Below, piece after piece: positions 1-12,900 of a DNA stretch of 63,728 nucleotides (within the stretch, counting starts at the first letter, position 1; the number at the start of each line of letters is the position of its first letter). The notes under the pieces are model-generated. The model ran no database searches, was not told the origin of the DNA, and saw nothing but the letters and a program-made list of their open reading frames with translations. The position numbers and the translations under genes are program-made. Origin of the DNA: Carcharhinus longimanus (taxonomy: Eukaryota); contig JASCQW010000081.1 of NCBI GenBank assembly GCA_030264375.1, positions 73,866,029 through 73,929,756 of the forward strand, given 5' to 3'.

Positions 1-185
1 AAGATCAACTTAATGCAAGGTAAGTCCATTCAAAAGTCTGATGGCAGCAAGGAATAAGCTGTTCTTGAGTCGATCAGTATGTGACCTCAGACTTTTGTAC
101 CTTTTTCCCGATGGAAGAAGGTGGAAGAGAGAATGCCCGGCATCTGTGGGGTCCTTAATTATGCTGGCTGCTTTGCCAAGGCAGC
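1..185 (-). mobile_element. Rex1/Babar-type LINE 3' fragment
   Basis: HSLFHLLPSGKRYKSLRSHTDRLKNSLFLAAIRLLN is a typical Rex-Babar C-terminus. The same sequence recurs near 26830-26888 and 44285-44350. Confidence 0.65.
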
Positions 186-2015
186 AAGAAGAAACACATG
201 ACCAAGAGGTAAAGGAGCAAAAAATAAGCAATTCAAATGAGTTTTCAGAGTTAAGTAAGGGCAAACATGAGGAGGGGAAGAGTCCTATGATCAGGGACTT
301 CAGTAAATTGGGCCTGTCCTCTTTATAGTTTAGAAAATTGAGAGATGACCTCACAGAAACAGAAGATTCTGAGGGGGCTTGACAAGGTTTTGTTTTCTCT
401 GTCTGGAGATTCTAGAACATGGCCGCAGCCTCTGGTTAGAACTGTGATAAGAGGGTTGTGGGTGCTCCGTTATTGAATATATTTAAAGTTGAGATTGTCA
501 TGTTTGGGGTCTCAGGAGAGTTAAGGAATTTAGTGGCATGATCATTGTGAGTGGCAAAGCAAACTTGAGGAGTCAGATGGTCTACTATTCCATTTCTTTT
601 GTAATTCCTTCCCCTCCCCCACCCCCCAGTCCTCCACCCCCAGTGCCTAAAGAAGTAATATTCTTTTTGACTTTGAAATAGTCAGTATATTAACGGTTGA
701 CAGATTCAAAAATATGGATATTAGACCTGAATGTATAATTGTTATTTACTGGTCCTAATTCAAAGAGGGTGTTTTTTATGGCTTCCAAGACAAGTTTTCC
801 AGTCCAACAAACACTGCATTTTGGACCACTAGGTGGACCTGGATGATCAATTCAGACACTGGCTTCCCTCTGCTTTTATATTATAAAATGAAGCACTGTC
901 TCAGTTAATATTGAGATACAAGACTGCTACTTTTATTCATCTATGCACAGTTAGAATATTGTGGGATTTATAAGTTAGATCTTTCCACCTATATGCAGTT
1001 ACAGTGCCATGAAACCTCCACACTCTCACATTTGATGTGTGATAATGTGACGTATACAGTGGTACAGTGGTCTTCCCCGGAACTTGGAATTGTGCAATGC
1101 AACTTGTACCACTGCAGCAAGCAATTTAGCCTTTCACTATAAGGTTTTATCTAATTGTGGTACTGTTGAAGTGTCACTGTCTGAACATAATATAGCTGCT
1201 TCTGGTGGAAGCAGACCAGGCTGCAGACTTGAGAGTCAATCAAAAGTGAGGCATAAATCCAAGGCTGTTGTTTGCTAATCTGTAAGCAGGTGGATGGATT
1301 TCAAGTGTATGTTCTCAAAGTGAAGTTGGAACAACTAGAAGATTGTTTAATGTTCCTTAAATTGTGCCAGTGGCACTGATCCCAGACCTAGTGACTTCGG
1401 GGGAAGAAGACAGATCTTTTTGCAGTGAAGTTGCATTCTCTGTACATCACAGCTGATTAATATTGATCAGCGAGGAACCAGGTAACAGACAGAAAAAACT
1501 TCACATGCTTTGTGATGCTGGATGAACTTTTAAAACTCTCAAAAATAAACTTCTGAGTGCAACTAGATTTGTTTGCAGCTGGTATTCATGGCTGTTAATG
1601 ATTTGGGAATATGGGATTTTTTTGTTAAAGATAATCGCTATGATGCATGTGGTACTCACTGGTTAGAATGAGGAGCTTGGTGTCACAAGGAGTACTTGAG
1701 GCAAATGGCATTGATGTATTTAAAGGAAGGCTGGATAAATACTTAAGAAGAAAAAGGAATGGAAGGATTTGCTGATCGGTTAATTGGAGTGGGATCAAAT
1801 GTTGCACAGACAAGTTGAGCAGAATTGCAAACTTCTGTGCTTTAAGTACAGGGTAATTTGTAATAAAATGGGAGAAAACAAATTAAACATTTACAGTAAA
1901 TGAACTGCCTGATTACATGACGTGAAAATTCTTGCCCAGACTATTGAATTAAGGCAGGGATATTCAGGCATCTGATTTCCTTTCATCATTGTTTGGCCAT
2001 GCTGGTCATCTTACA

Positions 2016-2552
2016 ACCATAAAATCCCTACAGTGTAGAAGAGGCCATTCAGCCCATCAAGTATGCACTGACTCTGACAGTGTGAGTTACCCAGGCTCTT
2101 TCCCCTGTCCTTTTCCCATTCTCCCCCATACATTTCTCATGGCTAATCCATCTAACCTAGACATCTTGGGACACCAAGGAGCAATTTAGCATGGCCAGTC
2201 CACTTAACCTGCACATCTTCGGACTGTGGAAGGAAACTGGAGCACCCAGAGGAAACCCACGCAAACATGGGGAGAATGTGCAAACTCCACACAGTCACCC
2301 AAGGCCGGAATTGAACCTGGGCCTCTAGCGNNNNNNNNNNNNNNNNNNNNNNNNNNNNNNNNNNNNNNNNNNNNNNNNNNNNNNNNNNNNNNNNNNNNNN
2401 NNNNNNNNNNNNNNNNNNNNNNNNNNNNNNGGAAACCCACGCAAACATGGGGAGAATATGCAAACTCCACACAGTCACCCAAGGCCGGAATTGAACCTGG
2501 GCCTCTAGCGCTGAGAAGCAGCAATGCTAATCACTGTGCCACCATGCTGCCC
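2016..2552 (-). mobile_element. HE1-type (V-SINE) tRNA-derived SINE, spanning a gap
   Basis: Reverse complement begins GGCAGCATGGTGGCACAGTGATTAGCATTGCTGC (A box), has GGTTCAATTCC (B box), the V-domain core GTGGAGTTTGCACATTCTCCCC and a CR1-like tail. Confidence 0.8.
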
Positions 2553-3912
2553 TTAACTATCTTGACCATTCATTGTCTGTATATGGCTGCTGGTTCGTAG
2601 AATCAAGCATACCTCTGTTGAAGGTGAAGAGATTCATGTTTACAATTTTTATGGAGGAAATTGACTGAGCAGTTGGCATTTTTATTGTGAGAAAAGTGAT
2701 TTTGTAGCCTTTGCATCAAATGAGTGGTCCTTTGAATTCCCAGACTGAAAATAAAGATTGGCCAAAGCAGTCAAGTGTGTTTTAAATCCAAGTCCTTATT
2801 CACTTGAGGGTAGGAGTAACTTATCCTGTCAGTAAAAATGGTTAGTGCCTTAAGAAGCCAAAATACTATTTGAAATTGGAAGCAAATTCTGCCAGTGAAT
2901 GTCATTAATTCTGCACATGTAGAAGGCACAGTGATGTGGCTAGGTAAATAACAGTAAGTGGAATTGGCCATGTACATGGAAAATATGCAACAAGGCAGTG
3001 AAGTAATTCTACCAGTACTGGAAAAAAAACACTTTTTGATGAAATCTTACATGTCTTGACTGATTTTTGTTACAATTTGCTGGAATTGGATGAAGAGCAC
3101 AGTGTTTGAAAACCTATATCTTGTATAATTCTGGGGATCAAGATGTTTTGTCAGCAAATCACTGTGTGGTAGCAGTAAGGTGAAAAATACTTAGATTTGA
3201 TGCCAGCCTTGGTCAGTTTGAACCACTTGCTGGAACTGTAAAATGTCTAATATCGTTTGGAAGTGCATGCTTGTCCGTCATTGAAGAGTGTTTGTATAAA
3301 TGGTATTGCATACATGGGCTTGGATATGATAAATAAATCAGTTGATAATTATTAAGTGTGTTTTAAATGTACTGCACATATCTCTCAACTGGAAGGTGGG
3401 AACTTGACTCAGCTATTCTTGGATGGATCTGTGGAATTGGCAAGTCATCAGTTCTGATAGCTTGTTCGTCTTGGTCCTGTTGCTTTTCAATGTTGGGAGC
3501 ATGGAGAGTTGCACATTACACAGGTTCTATAAACACGTCTAAAATTTTGCACATTAGATGATAGGTAGGAAGCATTTTAAAAGAATATAGTGCTATTGAA
3601 AGTGTATTACAATCCCAATTCTCAAAGCTTGTTCAAACGGGGAGCAGGACTATAAACAAATGGACAACTTAATGGCTGCGTTTTTAATCTTTATCCAAAA
3701 ATGTTCTCCAAGAGTGACTGAAGCTTGATTTAAGCTCCATCGGTTCCAGTCCATAGCAGATGACAACAGTTATCGTGCTTAAGCTTCAAAATTCCCGTGA
3801 TGTCTTGATGCCTCATTTGTCCACAAAATCTGTGCCAGATCAATTAAAAATCTTTCTAACATTGTGGGGTGAAGACAGATTGAAAACCAGTCTGTAAAAT
3901 GTGCACCAACAT

Positions 3913-4807
3913 TTACTGCTCCCCAAGAAAAAGCTTGCAAAATTCAAGCTGAGCGGACTGAATTTTAGAATCATCCTTTCTGGCTCTGTTTTTGGATTTC
4001 ACCATCTCAAAGGTATTTTCCGTTTCTTTATCTTTTCTAGTTTCCACATGCTTTGCAGAAACTTGTAAAGTTGAAAACTGCATCATTGTACGTCTGTGGT
4101 GGTCTTTGTGATTGTGTGTTCTTGTCACATTACCCAATCTGGCTGCAGGAGGTCAATAAATACCAGCTGGCTTTGATTCTGAGTTTCTGCAACCACAGCA
4201 ACTGGTGCTGGAATTATCTTGTTCCGGGGTCCATTTGTCTCGTCTCCTCTTCACGAGGTATTCTCCACCATCTTCACCTTGATCTTCTTTATTTTTTTTC
4301 TTATCATCTTGGAAGAAGATTCTCAAGTCATTGTAATCAACTTCTGGTGGCTCTAGCTGGCTCCTGGTCTCTCCTGCGCCACTTTATGCCCCTGCACCAC
4401 CAAGCCAGGACGGTTGAGAGTATCCGACTTCAGCCTAGCCCCAACTGCCTGTTTGATGAGCCGCAACTGGTCAATCTCCTTTTGCTCAAGTCAAATTCCA
4501 TCCATTCTTCATCCTCCCTAACCTACTTGATGATCCTGAGACACTCTTCATCACCAATTGTTTTCCTCCTTCACTTCCTTGACCACCCTGGGGACCAATG
4601 CTGATCCTACTTTGGCTGGGAGTCATCGCTACCTATGTGAGGCAGGAGATGGCAGGGGTGGACCCAGAGCCAGGGCGAGGCATCAGTTGACACTGAGGCT
4701 TTGACCAGCCTAGTGGGAAGTACTGCCTTGGCACTTTGACTTTGTTTTTTCTTCCTTTTTCTTTTGGCTAAGAAATTGTCAAAGCTCTTGTCATCTTGCT
4801 TGGCCTT
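3913..4807 (-). pseudogene. CDV3: CDV3-like processed pseudogene covering the full CDS (3' UTR probably extends toward ~3600)
   Basis: Intronless, collinear CDV3 motifs spread over shifting frames: DDKSFDNFLAKRKRKKK, EDEEWMEF..EQKEID, EVDYNDLRI, AGIY*PPAARL and STLQVSAKHVETRKDKETENTFEMVKSKNRAR...LGEQ*. The start codon position reads AAG, and there are frameshifts and an internal TGA. Confidence 0.85.
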
Positions 4808-5419
4808 GCTGGGCTGAAAGCATACACACAGCTCGGTGAATTTCACAGCCACTGGCCAGCACGGGGGCATGTAAATGTGTTTCATTTCAAGTCTACCTCT
4901 GCTTGTAGGTTGTAGAGAGTAAACTGCAAAGTAGAGTTGAGGCTACAGTTGGATCAGCTATGATTTGATCAAATGACGGAGCAAGCTTGAAGGGCCAAAT
5001 GACCTACACCTGTCCCTCATTCATGTGTATGTTCCTTTCATAGGAAAGGAGCTTCAGAAGAAGAGAATGAGGATCAAAGGAAAGTGCCAAAAGGTTGGAA
5101 ATGCGATTAGTTATTAAGTGTTAAAATGAAGAGATATCATGAATATTTGCTGAATCATTTCCTAAACTTTGCAGACAAGAGTTCAATCTTCAATATCTTG
5201 CGCTTACCAGAGAATAATTATTTGTCATTTATTTACCCAGCCTCTTAAATGTGCTTTAAGTACCATCAATTGCATAATTAATCATTTGCAATCTGATTTC
5301 ATGTCTTTGGCAAATTTCATTGTGTAAAATGTGCTCTACCTATTATCGTTAAATATTGGCATGATTGGAAGGCTCCCTGTATTCTTCTCAGTATTTATTG
5401 ATTGGTGTGAACAGGAGAC

Positions 5420-5880
5420 TGGTGAAGAGCGCCTCAAGATTGCCAAGTGGGTTAGGGAGAATGAAGAATGGATGGAATTTGACTTGAGCAAAAGGAGGTT
5501 GACGTGGGGCGGCTCATCAAGCAGGCAGTCGGGGCTAGGCTGAAGTCAGATACTCTGCAGTCCAAGCCTGGTGGCTCAAGCATAAGGTAGTGCAGGAGCC
5601 ACCAGAAGTTGATTACAGTGGCTTGAGAATCTTCTTCCAACATGATAAGAAAAAGTAAAGAAGACCAAGGTGAAGATGGTGGAGAATACCTGTGTCGAGA
5701 AGGAGACGTGACAGTCGGGCTCTGGAACAAGGTAACTCCAGCCCCTCTTGCTGTGGTTGCAGAAACTCAGAAAATCAAAGCCAGCTGGTATTTATTGACC
5801 TCCTGCAGCCAGATTGGGTAATGTGAAAAGAACACAATCATAAAGACCACAGATGTACAATGATGCAGTTTCCATCCCTA
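5420..5880 (+). pseudogene. CDV3: Second, partial CDV3-like pseudogene copy, inverted relative to the first
   Basis: Reverse complement of ~4070-4560. Carries EEWMEF, EVDYSGLRI, GLWNK, AGIY*PPAARL and QFPSL. Confidence 0.8.
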
Positions 5881-6549
5881 TTCTTCACATCATAGAATAA
5901 TAGTGTAAATCATGTTGATTTTCGCATGCTACCTGTCAGTTCCCACTATATGATGTTTCCCAGTTACTGAATCTTTATTGGTAATTGAGTCACTGATTAT
6001 CATATTGAGGCTTTTCAGCCTCAAATGTTTGGTTGCTTTTGCGCAGAATGAGCTCCTCCATTTTTTTTATTGCCATAGTTGCAAGAGACTGTACCTCTGG
6101 AACTGCTATAATGCTGGTGTGCCTTTCAAAACACTGCAGGTGTTTAAGAACTATATTCTAAGGAAGCCTGAAATATTCTTTCTAAGTGTGGAAAATGATA
6201 AAGTCACAAATGTTGTAAAAGAGAGAGACTGCACGCTTGTGAAGGTTATTGTTACATAATGAGTTACACGTATTGATGTTTGGATGTTATTTCACACTCA
6301 TAAATCACTCAGTATTCCCCTACCACTTGAAGTTATTTCTTCCTCCCACTACCCTCCCTTCTTAACTTTCCAGCCCATTTCTTAAATACCGCACATGTTT
6401 TCCATGGCCATCTGCTTATACTGTTTCGTAGCTCAGTGCAGGGACACATGGAAGAGCAGTGGATATTGATTTACTTTTCTGGTTGACACCCTTTTTTATG
6501 ACTCTATGTCTGGCGCAATGGCTTAATAGGGCCCTGGGTGTTGCAGGAA

Positions 6550-6660
6550 TACAGTAAGAAGCCTGACAACCCCAGGTTTAAGTCCAACCAGTTTATTTGA
6601 TAGTAATCCCACAAGCTTTCGGAAACGGTGTTCCTTTGTCAGGTGTGTAGAAGGTTCATA
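6550..6660 (-). mobile_element. Penelope-like terminal repeat fragment with a degenerate hammerhead core
   Basis: Reverse complement CACAC-CTGACAA-AGGAACACCGTTTCC-GAAAGCTTGTG...AAATAAACTGGTTGGAC. Same subfamily as 61198-61300. Confidence 0.65.
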
Positions 6661-7987
6661 AATGTGTTCAGTAATGGACTATTGAATGAGCGCAAGACGC
6701 TGACTCACCAACTGCATCTCCTGGCTGGCTACTTTGAATGTTTTGAGTAATTTTTAAAAATATTGTTTGCACCAATAAAGATAAATATAGTGTCCTTTGA
6801 ACTGCTGAGGGTCAATATGCCTGATGGCAGCAGAATGACTGAGGTTTGCTGTGTATAATTTCAGCCAAGTGTCTCTGCTTGAGCCTTAACAAATAACCTA
6901 TGTGAAATTTGTTGCAACAAAGATTCTTGGCCTCAAACATTTGAGTCTTAGTTCAGGCTGTCACTGCTGACTGACCTGTGCATTGCCACTTCTTTCTGTT
7001 TCAACCACTTAGTTTGTGTTTGGTGTTGGGGACAAGATGGCTGTGTTTGGTGTTGGGGACAAGACAAACTGCTGATTGAATGTAGTTATCCAAAAGTTGT
7101 GGAAATTAATATTGTTGGTCTTCTGTCACTAAAGCAGGTGTTCAAAGCCCTTGAGTTTGATTCTGAGAACTGTCGTCAGCACCTGAAGATGGGGCCGGGA
7201 AGAAAAAGATGTGCTCTTTTTATCAAGAGTGTTGCAGTAACTTCACAATATTCTGTAAATAACAGATGCATGAAAATCTTAGGTGGGGCTTGTGATTACT
7301 TGCACCAGTTGTTGTTTTATCATTGGCTGTTTTGATCAGGCGACTGAATTTGCTGAAGTTATAACCAGTACAGTGCAAATTGTAGTTATATTCTGTCATG
7401 GTGTATGAGAAAACAAACTGATAAGAATGCAGTAGATTAACCCCCTCCTTCAACTGTGGGAACCTGGGTTCAGTTCCAACCCGAGGTTTCTTCCTTCATT
7501 TTCTTCTTGTCAAATGAGACATGAAATTCTCATAATGCAGATGTTCCAAAGATAGCTTCCCTTATGTTGGTGATGAGGTATGTGTCAAACACATTTCTAC
7601 TCCAGTTGAATAATTTGCGCATTAATTACAATTGCTGGCAGCCAATTAATACCAACCCCATTATATCAAGATGCTTAAATGCTGTGTGATATCACTGTTA
7701 TGTTCTGTTGCAAAGTTCTATAATGGTTACAAGTTATTGGGTGTCATTGCTGAGTTTCAATGCAACTGAATTCCAATCCAAAGTTGCGAGTTCAAATCCT
7801 AATGTGTCAGATTGTGCAACTGAATTAAATTAATGTTCTAACTTAGGTTGCCACCAGAAGAAATAGGTGTGAAAGCTGCAGATTGTTCTGATAAATCTGA
7901 TAGATTGATTGGTTACTTAACACAACGGATTTTTAAGTGGGGGAGAGCTGCTACACACCTTTCTGAACTCTATGTAACTCTTGTCCA

Positions 7988-9370
7988 TGATGTGGAGATG
8001 CTGGCGTTGTACTGGGGTAAACACATAAGAACTTCCACAACACCAGGTTAAAATCCAACAGGTTTATTTGGTAGTACAAGCCAGTCACTTTCGGAGTGCT
8101 GCCCCTTTGTCAGGTGAGTGGGATTTCAGTTCACAAACAGAGCATATATAGATGTAAGCTCAATTTACAAAATAATGGTTGGAGTGCGAATCTTTACAGG
8201 TAATCAAGTCTGAAAGGTACAGACAATGTGAGTGGAGAGAGGGTTAAGCACAGGTTAAAGAGGCAGATAGTGAGATTTTGCAAACCCAGGCAAGTCGTGG
8301 GGGTTACAGATAGTGTGACATGAACCCAAGATCCAATGATGCTGTCCTTGCGTGTGCAGAACTTGGCTATCAGTCTCTGCTCAGTGACTCTGCGTTGTGA
8401 TGTGTCATGAAGGCTGCCTTGGAGAACACTTACCCGAAGATCAGAGGCTGAATGCCAGTGACTGCTGAAGTGTTCGCCAACAGGAAGAGCATATTCTTGC
8501 CTGATAATTGTCGAGTGGTGTTCACTCTGTTGTCATACCGTTTGTATGGTCTCCCCAGTGTACCATACCTAAGGACATCCTTTCCTGCAGCATATCAGGT
8601 AGACAAGGTTGGCCGAGTTGCAAGTGTATGTATTGTGTACCTGGTGGATGGTGTTCTCTTGTGAGATGATAGCATCTGTGTCGATGATCTAGCACGTATT
8701 GCAGAGGTTGCTGTGGCACAGTTGTGTGGTGTCGTGGTCACTGTTCCCTTGAAGGCTGGGTAGTTTGCTGCAGACAATGATCTCTTTTTGAGGTTGTGCA
8801 GTTATTTGAAGACTAGAAGTGGGGGTGTGGGGATGGCCTGGGTGAGATATTCGTCTTCATCGACAACATGTTCAAGTCTCCGGAGAAGATGTTGTAGCTT
8901 TTCTGCTCTGGGGAAGTATTGGACGAAGAAGGGTACCGTGTCCCGTGTTTGTCTTTTGAGGTGGTCTATATGATTTTTCACTGCAGCGCGTGAGAACTGT
9001 TGATCGATGCGTCGAGCGTCATATCCTGTTCTTATGAGGGCATCTTTCAGTGTCTGGAGGTGTCTATTGTTATCTTCTCATCTGAACAGATCATGTGCAT
9101 ACAGAGGGCTTGTCCATAGGGGATGGCTTCTTTAACGTGTTTAGGGTGGAAGCTGGAGAAATGGATTGTCATGTGGTTATCTGTGGGCTTGCGGTACAGT
9201 GAATTGCTGAGGTGACCGTCCTTGATGGAGATGCATATGTCCAAGAATGCAACCGATTCTGGAGAGTTATTGAAACAGCTATATGATGATATCAACAAGT
9301 TCCATCCCACCATGGACGACTTCCAGGATCGGTTGCATTCTTGGACACATGCAGCTCCATCAAGGACAGT
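7988..9370 (-). mobile_element. Penelope-like element: RT C-terminus, GIY-YIG endonuclease and terminal repeat, with an inverted 5' end
   Basis: Minus-strand FLDICISIKDGHLSNSLYRKPTDN..HFSSFHPKHVKEAIPYGQAL (PLE RT thumb), degenerate Cys-rich/GIY-YIG-like coding at ~8400-8750, and a terminal repeat at 7988-8130. Confidence 0.8.
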
Positions 9371-9954
9371 GATTAATTTTAACTAGCAATGTATTACTGT
9401 TTGAGTTACTGCAACCTTGTTTACTTTAGTTCTCTTGGGATTTCAGATTAGTTTGACCAAGTTACATGATATTAAGTTAATTGGTGGCTTGTAGCAGAAA
9501 AAACAGATTTATTTTCATTTTAAAATGAGTTGCTGGAGAGGGCTGTTTAAAAATCGCAGCCTACAAGCACCCCTGTCTTTCTCTCTACAAAATCTCTCTG
9601 GAAGCTCCAAAGCTGTTAACCCAAGTAAGAGCAAGTGTATTTGGATTTGCTCACTTGGGGTTCAAGTATATAAGAGAAACATTGCTTAATTAAGAGTTGT
9701 TTCTTTTCAAGTTTAAAGATTGTTCAATGTTTAAGAGTTGAAATCTTTATAATTTATAATTGACTTGAATCTTCATCACAGTTGCAGCATCAACAAGTGG
9801 TTCTGTGCCTCAAATAGGAGTCCCATACCCCAGTGCAGTGACCCTCCCCACCTGCCCCATACTTCTGCCAGACAGAATCAGTGTTACTTGTATTTTTTCT
9901 GGGTCCCATTTCCATGGGACTTTGCAACGGTGGTGCTGAACCTTAGTTCAGGAA

Positions 9955-12900
9955 TGTGATCACTTCAGCCAGGCTAATGAGGTTGGCTTGATAGAATATG
10001 AGCTACCTGATGAACCCTTCTGTGGACCATGTCTACGTTTCATGTTTTAGGTTGCACACCCTTTTCAGTTTTCTGAAATCATCTTTATTAATGTTTTGTT
10101 TGCACTTCAGTCCCACGCTTCTGATCTATGGACTCCTGGTGTGGAGAGGGGTGGGTGGTATGAAATGATGACCGCTTTGTGAACCTGCTCCTGGGCCTGG
10201 TCAGGCACGCCATCGATAGGTCCAGGCAGCAGGCGATTGGGGTTGTCCATCTTGACTGTCTCTCCTCTCCTGTGGCTACATTCGAGGCCAGATGCCTCTG
10301 GAGAGGGAGCATGCAGTGTCCACAGGTGCAGTTGATGCCTTCCGCGTCCGCTGTGCACTTAAGGGGCTAGAGTGCAATAGAAACCATGACTAATCGTGTT
10401 TTGATTTTATGTTTTAAGTTTCCTTTGTGATTAGATTTTGGTTTGGGCTGTTCCTTCTCCTTTTGGGAAGCTGCCCCTTTTTAATTTGTTCCTAATTTAC
10501 TTTGAGTTAGTTTATTTGTTTGGTATACAAAAGAGATGCCTGATGAATCCTAATTGATGTTTCAATCAGGGAGCCTCACGCTCCCTATTTAAAGCAGATT
10601 CCCAGGCTGCATTCAGCAGGGAGCAACTGGAGAGCTGGCTGTGTATAGATGTATGGTGCAAATAATGTAGCTTGGTGACAGGACTTTCACCTCCGTGGAG
10701 TTATTACAGTGGAGACGAGGAAAAAGGAGTGACCTGAAAGAACTTGCTGAATCATCTCACATAATGAGGGTAAGCCATTGTTGAGAAAATGTGCCGCTGT
10801 TTGGGAACTTGGATTCTTTTCACCCCGCAATGGAGGACTGGGCCCGGTATGTGGAATAGATGAAGTATTTCTTCAGGGCAAACCTCATAACCCTTTGCTT
10901 TTCATCTGAGGTTATCTTACTGACTGTGTGTGGACCAGTGGCTTTTTCGATTACGCGTAGTTNNNNNNNNNNNNNNNNNNNNNNNNNNNNNNNNNNNNNN
11001 NNNNNNNNNNNNNNNNNNNNNNNNNNNNNNNNNNNNNNNNNNNNNNNNNNNNNNNNNNNNNNCGGAGGTACCATTTTTACTCCACATTTGGAGAAGCGGG
11101 GGAGTCAATCATCAGTTTTCTAACAAGGCTTAGGCATCTAGCGAAGGCTTGCGAATTCAGGGGGAGACACTGAATGAGATGCTCCGAGACTGGTGTGCGG
11201 AATTAACGTTATGACTGTACAGCCCCATCTGGACTGCAGAACAGGCATTACAGCTGGCCTTGTCGTTAGAAAAAGAGGCTAGCGGAGCACATGAGTTCCA
11301 AGGTATCCTGATAGAGATAGAGGACAATACCAGGCAGATTGGGTTAGGGAACTACCACTACGGGACAGGCCACTACACAACAGCCCTCCGGAAGGATTCA
11401 GATACAAGGGAGCCCAAGTCCGCTATAGAACTGCACCTAGACAAGGTCAGATTAAGCCCAGAGTAATAGCAGTTCCTATAGAGCCCTGCCCGACATTGCT
11501 ATAGTTGCCAGTGTCAGGATGCACAGAGGAAAAGCAAATTGCCTAAAACAATATGGCCGAAAAGAGAACAGGCCAAGGGACAGGAGAATGCACAGCCTGG
11601 AAGCTCCCCCTACCTCTGACGAGGAACAGCTACTGTGCGTAGCGATGACAAAATCAGAACCCATCAAATTGTCAGCGAGACTGAATGGATGTTCAATTTT
11701 AATGGTGGTCGACGCAGGTGCAGCCGTATTGGTCATATGGGAGACAGTGTTTAACAAGGTACACACTGGACTCCAACCCTTAGCCCTGACCAAAACTCCA
11801 GCAAGGCTGAGGACGTATACAGGGGAATTATTGAAAGTGATGGGTACAACCCATGTGTCAATTGCTTACAAGAAACAATTAGTGAGGCTCCCATTAAGGG
11901 TAGTGGAAGGTTCAGGACTGAGCCCATTAGGGTGAAATTGGCTAAAGGAGATCCAGCTGGAAAATGGTTGCCTGAGTGAGGTCCTGAGCAAATATCTGGA
12001 GGTTTTTTGGGAAGGCCTCGAGCAATCAAAGGAGTCAAGGCAAAATTGCACATCAACCTGGAGGCTGTCCCAAAGTTTAGCAAAGCCCGACTGGCATCTT
12101 TTGCGTTAAGGAAAAGATCGATGCCAAAATCAAAAGATTACTGCATGAAGGAATAATAAAACTGATTCAGTTCGTGGAATGGATGGCACCCATGTTTCCT
12201 ATCTTAAAGCCAGGTGGCGCGGTGTGCCTTTGTGGCAAATTCAAATGGACGATAAATCATTACTCTCAGCTAGATAAGTACCCAATTCCCAGGTTTGAGG
12301 ACCTGCTTGCAAAGTTAGCAGAAGGACTCCTATTCACAGAACTGGACATGAACCACGCATTGCTGCAACTATGGCTGGCCTAGGATTCGCAAAAATTCAC
12401 CACAATAAATGTGCTGAAAGGCATCTTCCAGTATAAAAGATTGCCCTTCGGAGTTTCATCAGCTTGTGCCATATTCCAAAGGACCATGGAGGGTATCCTA
12501 CAGGGGTTACCACAAGTTGCCATTTACCTACACAATGCAGGTAAATGCAGAACCTGAAGGAAGTTCTCAGGAGCTTTGCAGCAGTGGGACCACGTCTGAA
12601 AAGGGAGAAATGCATCTTTTAGCATCACAAGTAACATTGTCTCGGATACAAAGTGGAAAAGTCGATCCTCTGGAGGATCGGATGTGAGCAACAAAAGATG
12701 CCTAGGCTCCCACAACCATCCAGGAGCTATGGTCATTTTTAGGACTGGTAAAATACTACTGGAAATTCATGCAGAATAGGGCCTCCATTCTGGATCCCCT
12801 CCACTGGTTGCTGAAGAAGGGAGAAACTTGGGAATGGTCGGCCCACCAGGACAGGGCCTTTGAGAAAATTAAACAACAACTCTCATCCGAAAATGTATTG

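Noticed and set aside
2250-2510. Apparent tandem duplication inside the SINE on either side of the N gap
   Set aside because: Near-identical sequence flanking a 100-N gap is typical of unmerged contig overlap, so likely an assembly artefact.
2480-2552. tRNA gene
   Set aside because: The A/B boxes belong to a SINE head followed by SINE core and tail.
4053-4604. 183-aa + strand ORF
   Set aside because: Antisense shadow of the CDV3 pseudogene, with no recognisable domain.
3913-4885. Functional nested CDV3 gene
   Set aside because: Lost start codon, frameshifts, an internal stop and no introns.
7016-7064. 22-bp direct repeat (also a 26-bp duplication at ~49383-49436) as CRISPR-like
   Set aside because: Only two units in vertebrate intronic DNA; ordinary slippage duplication.
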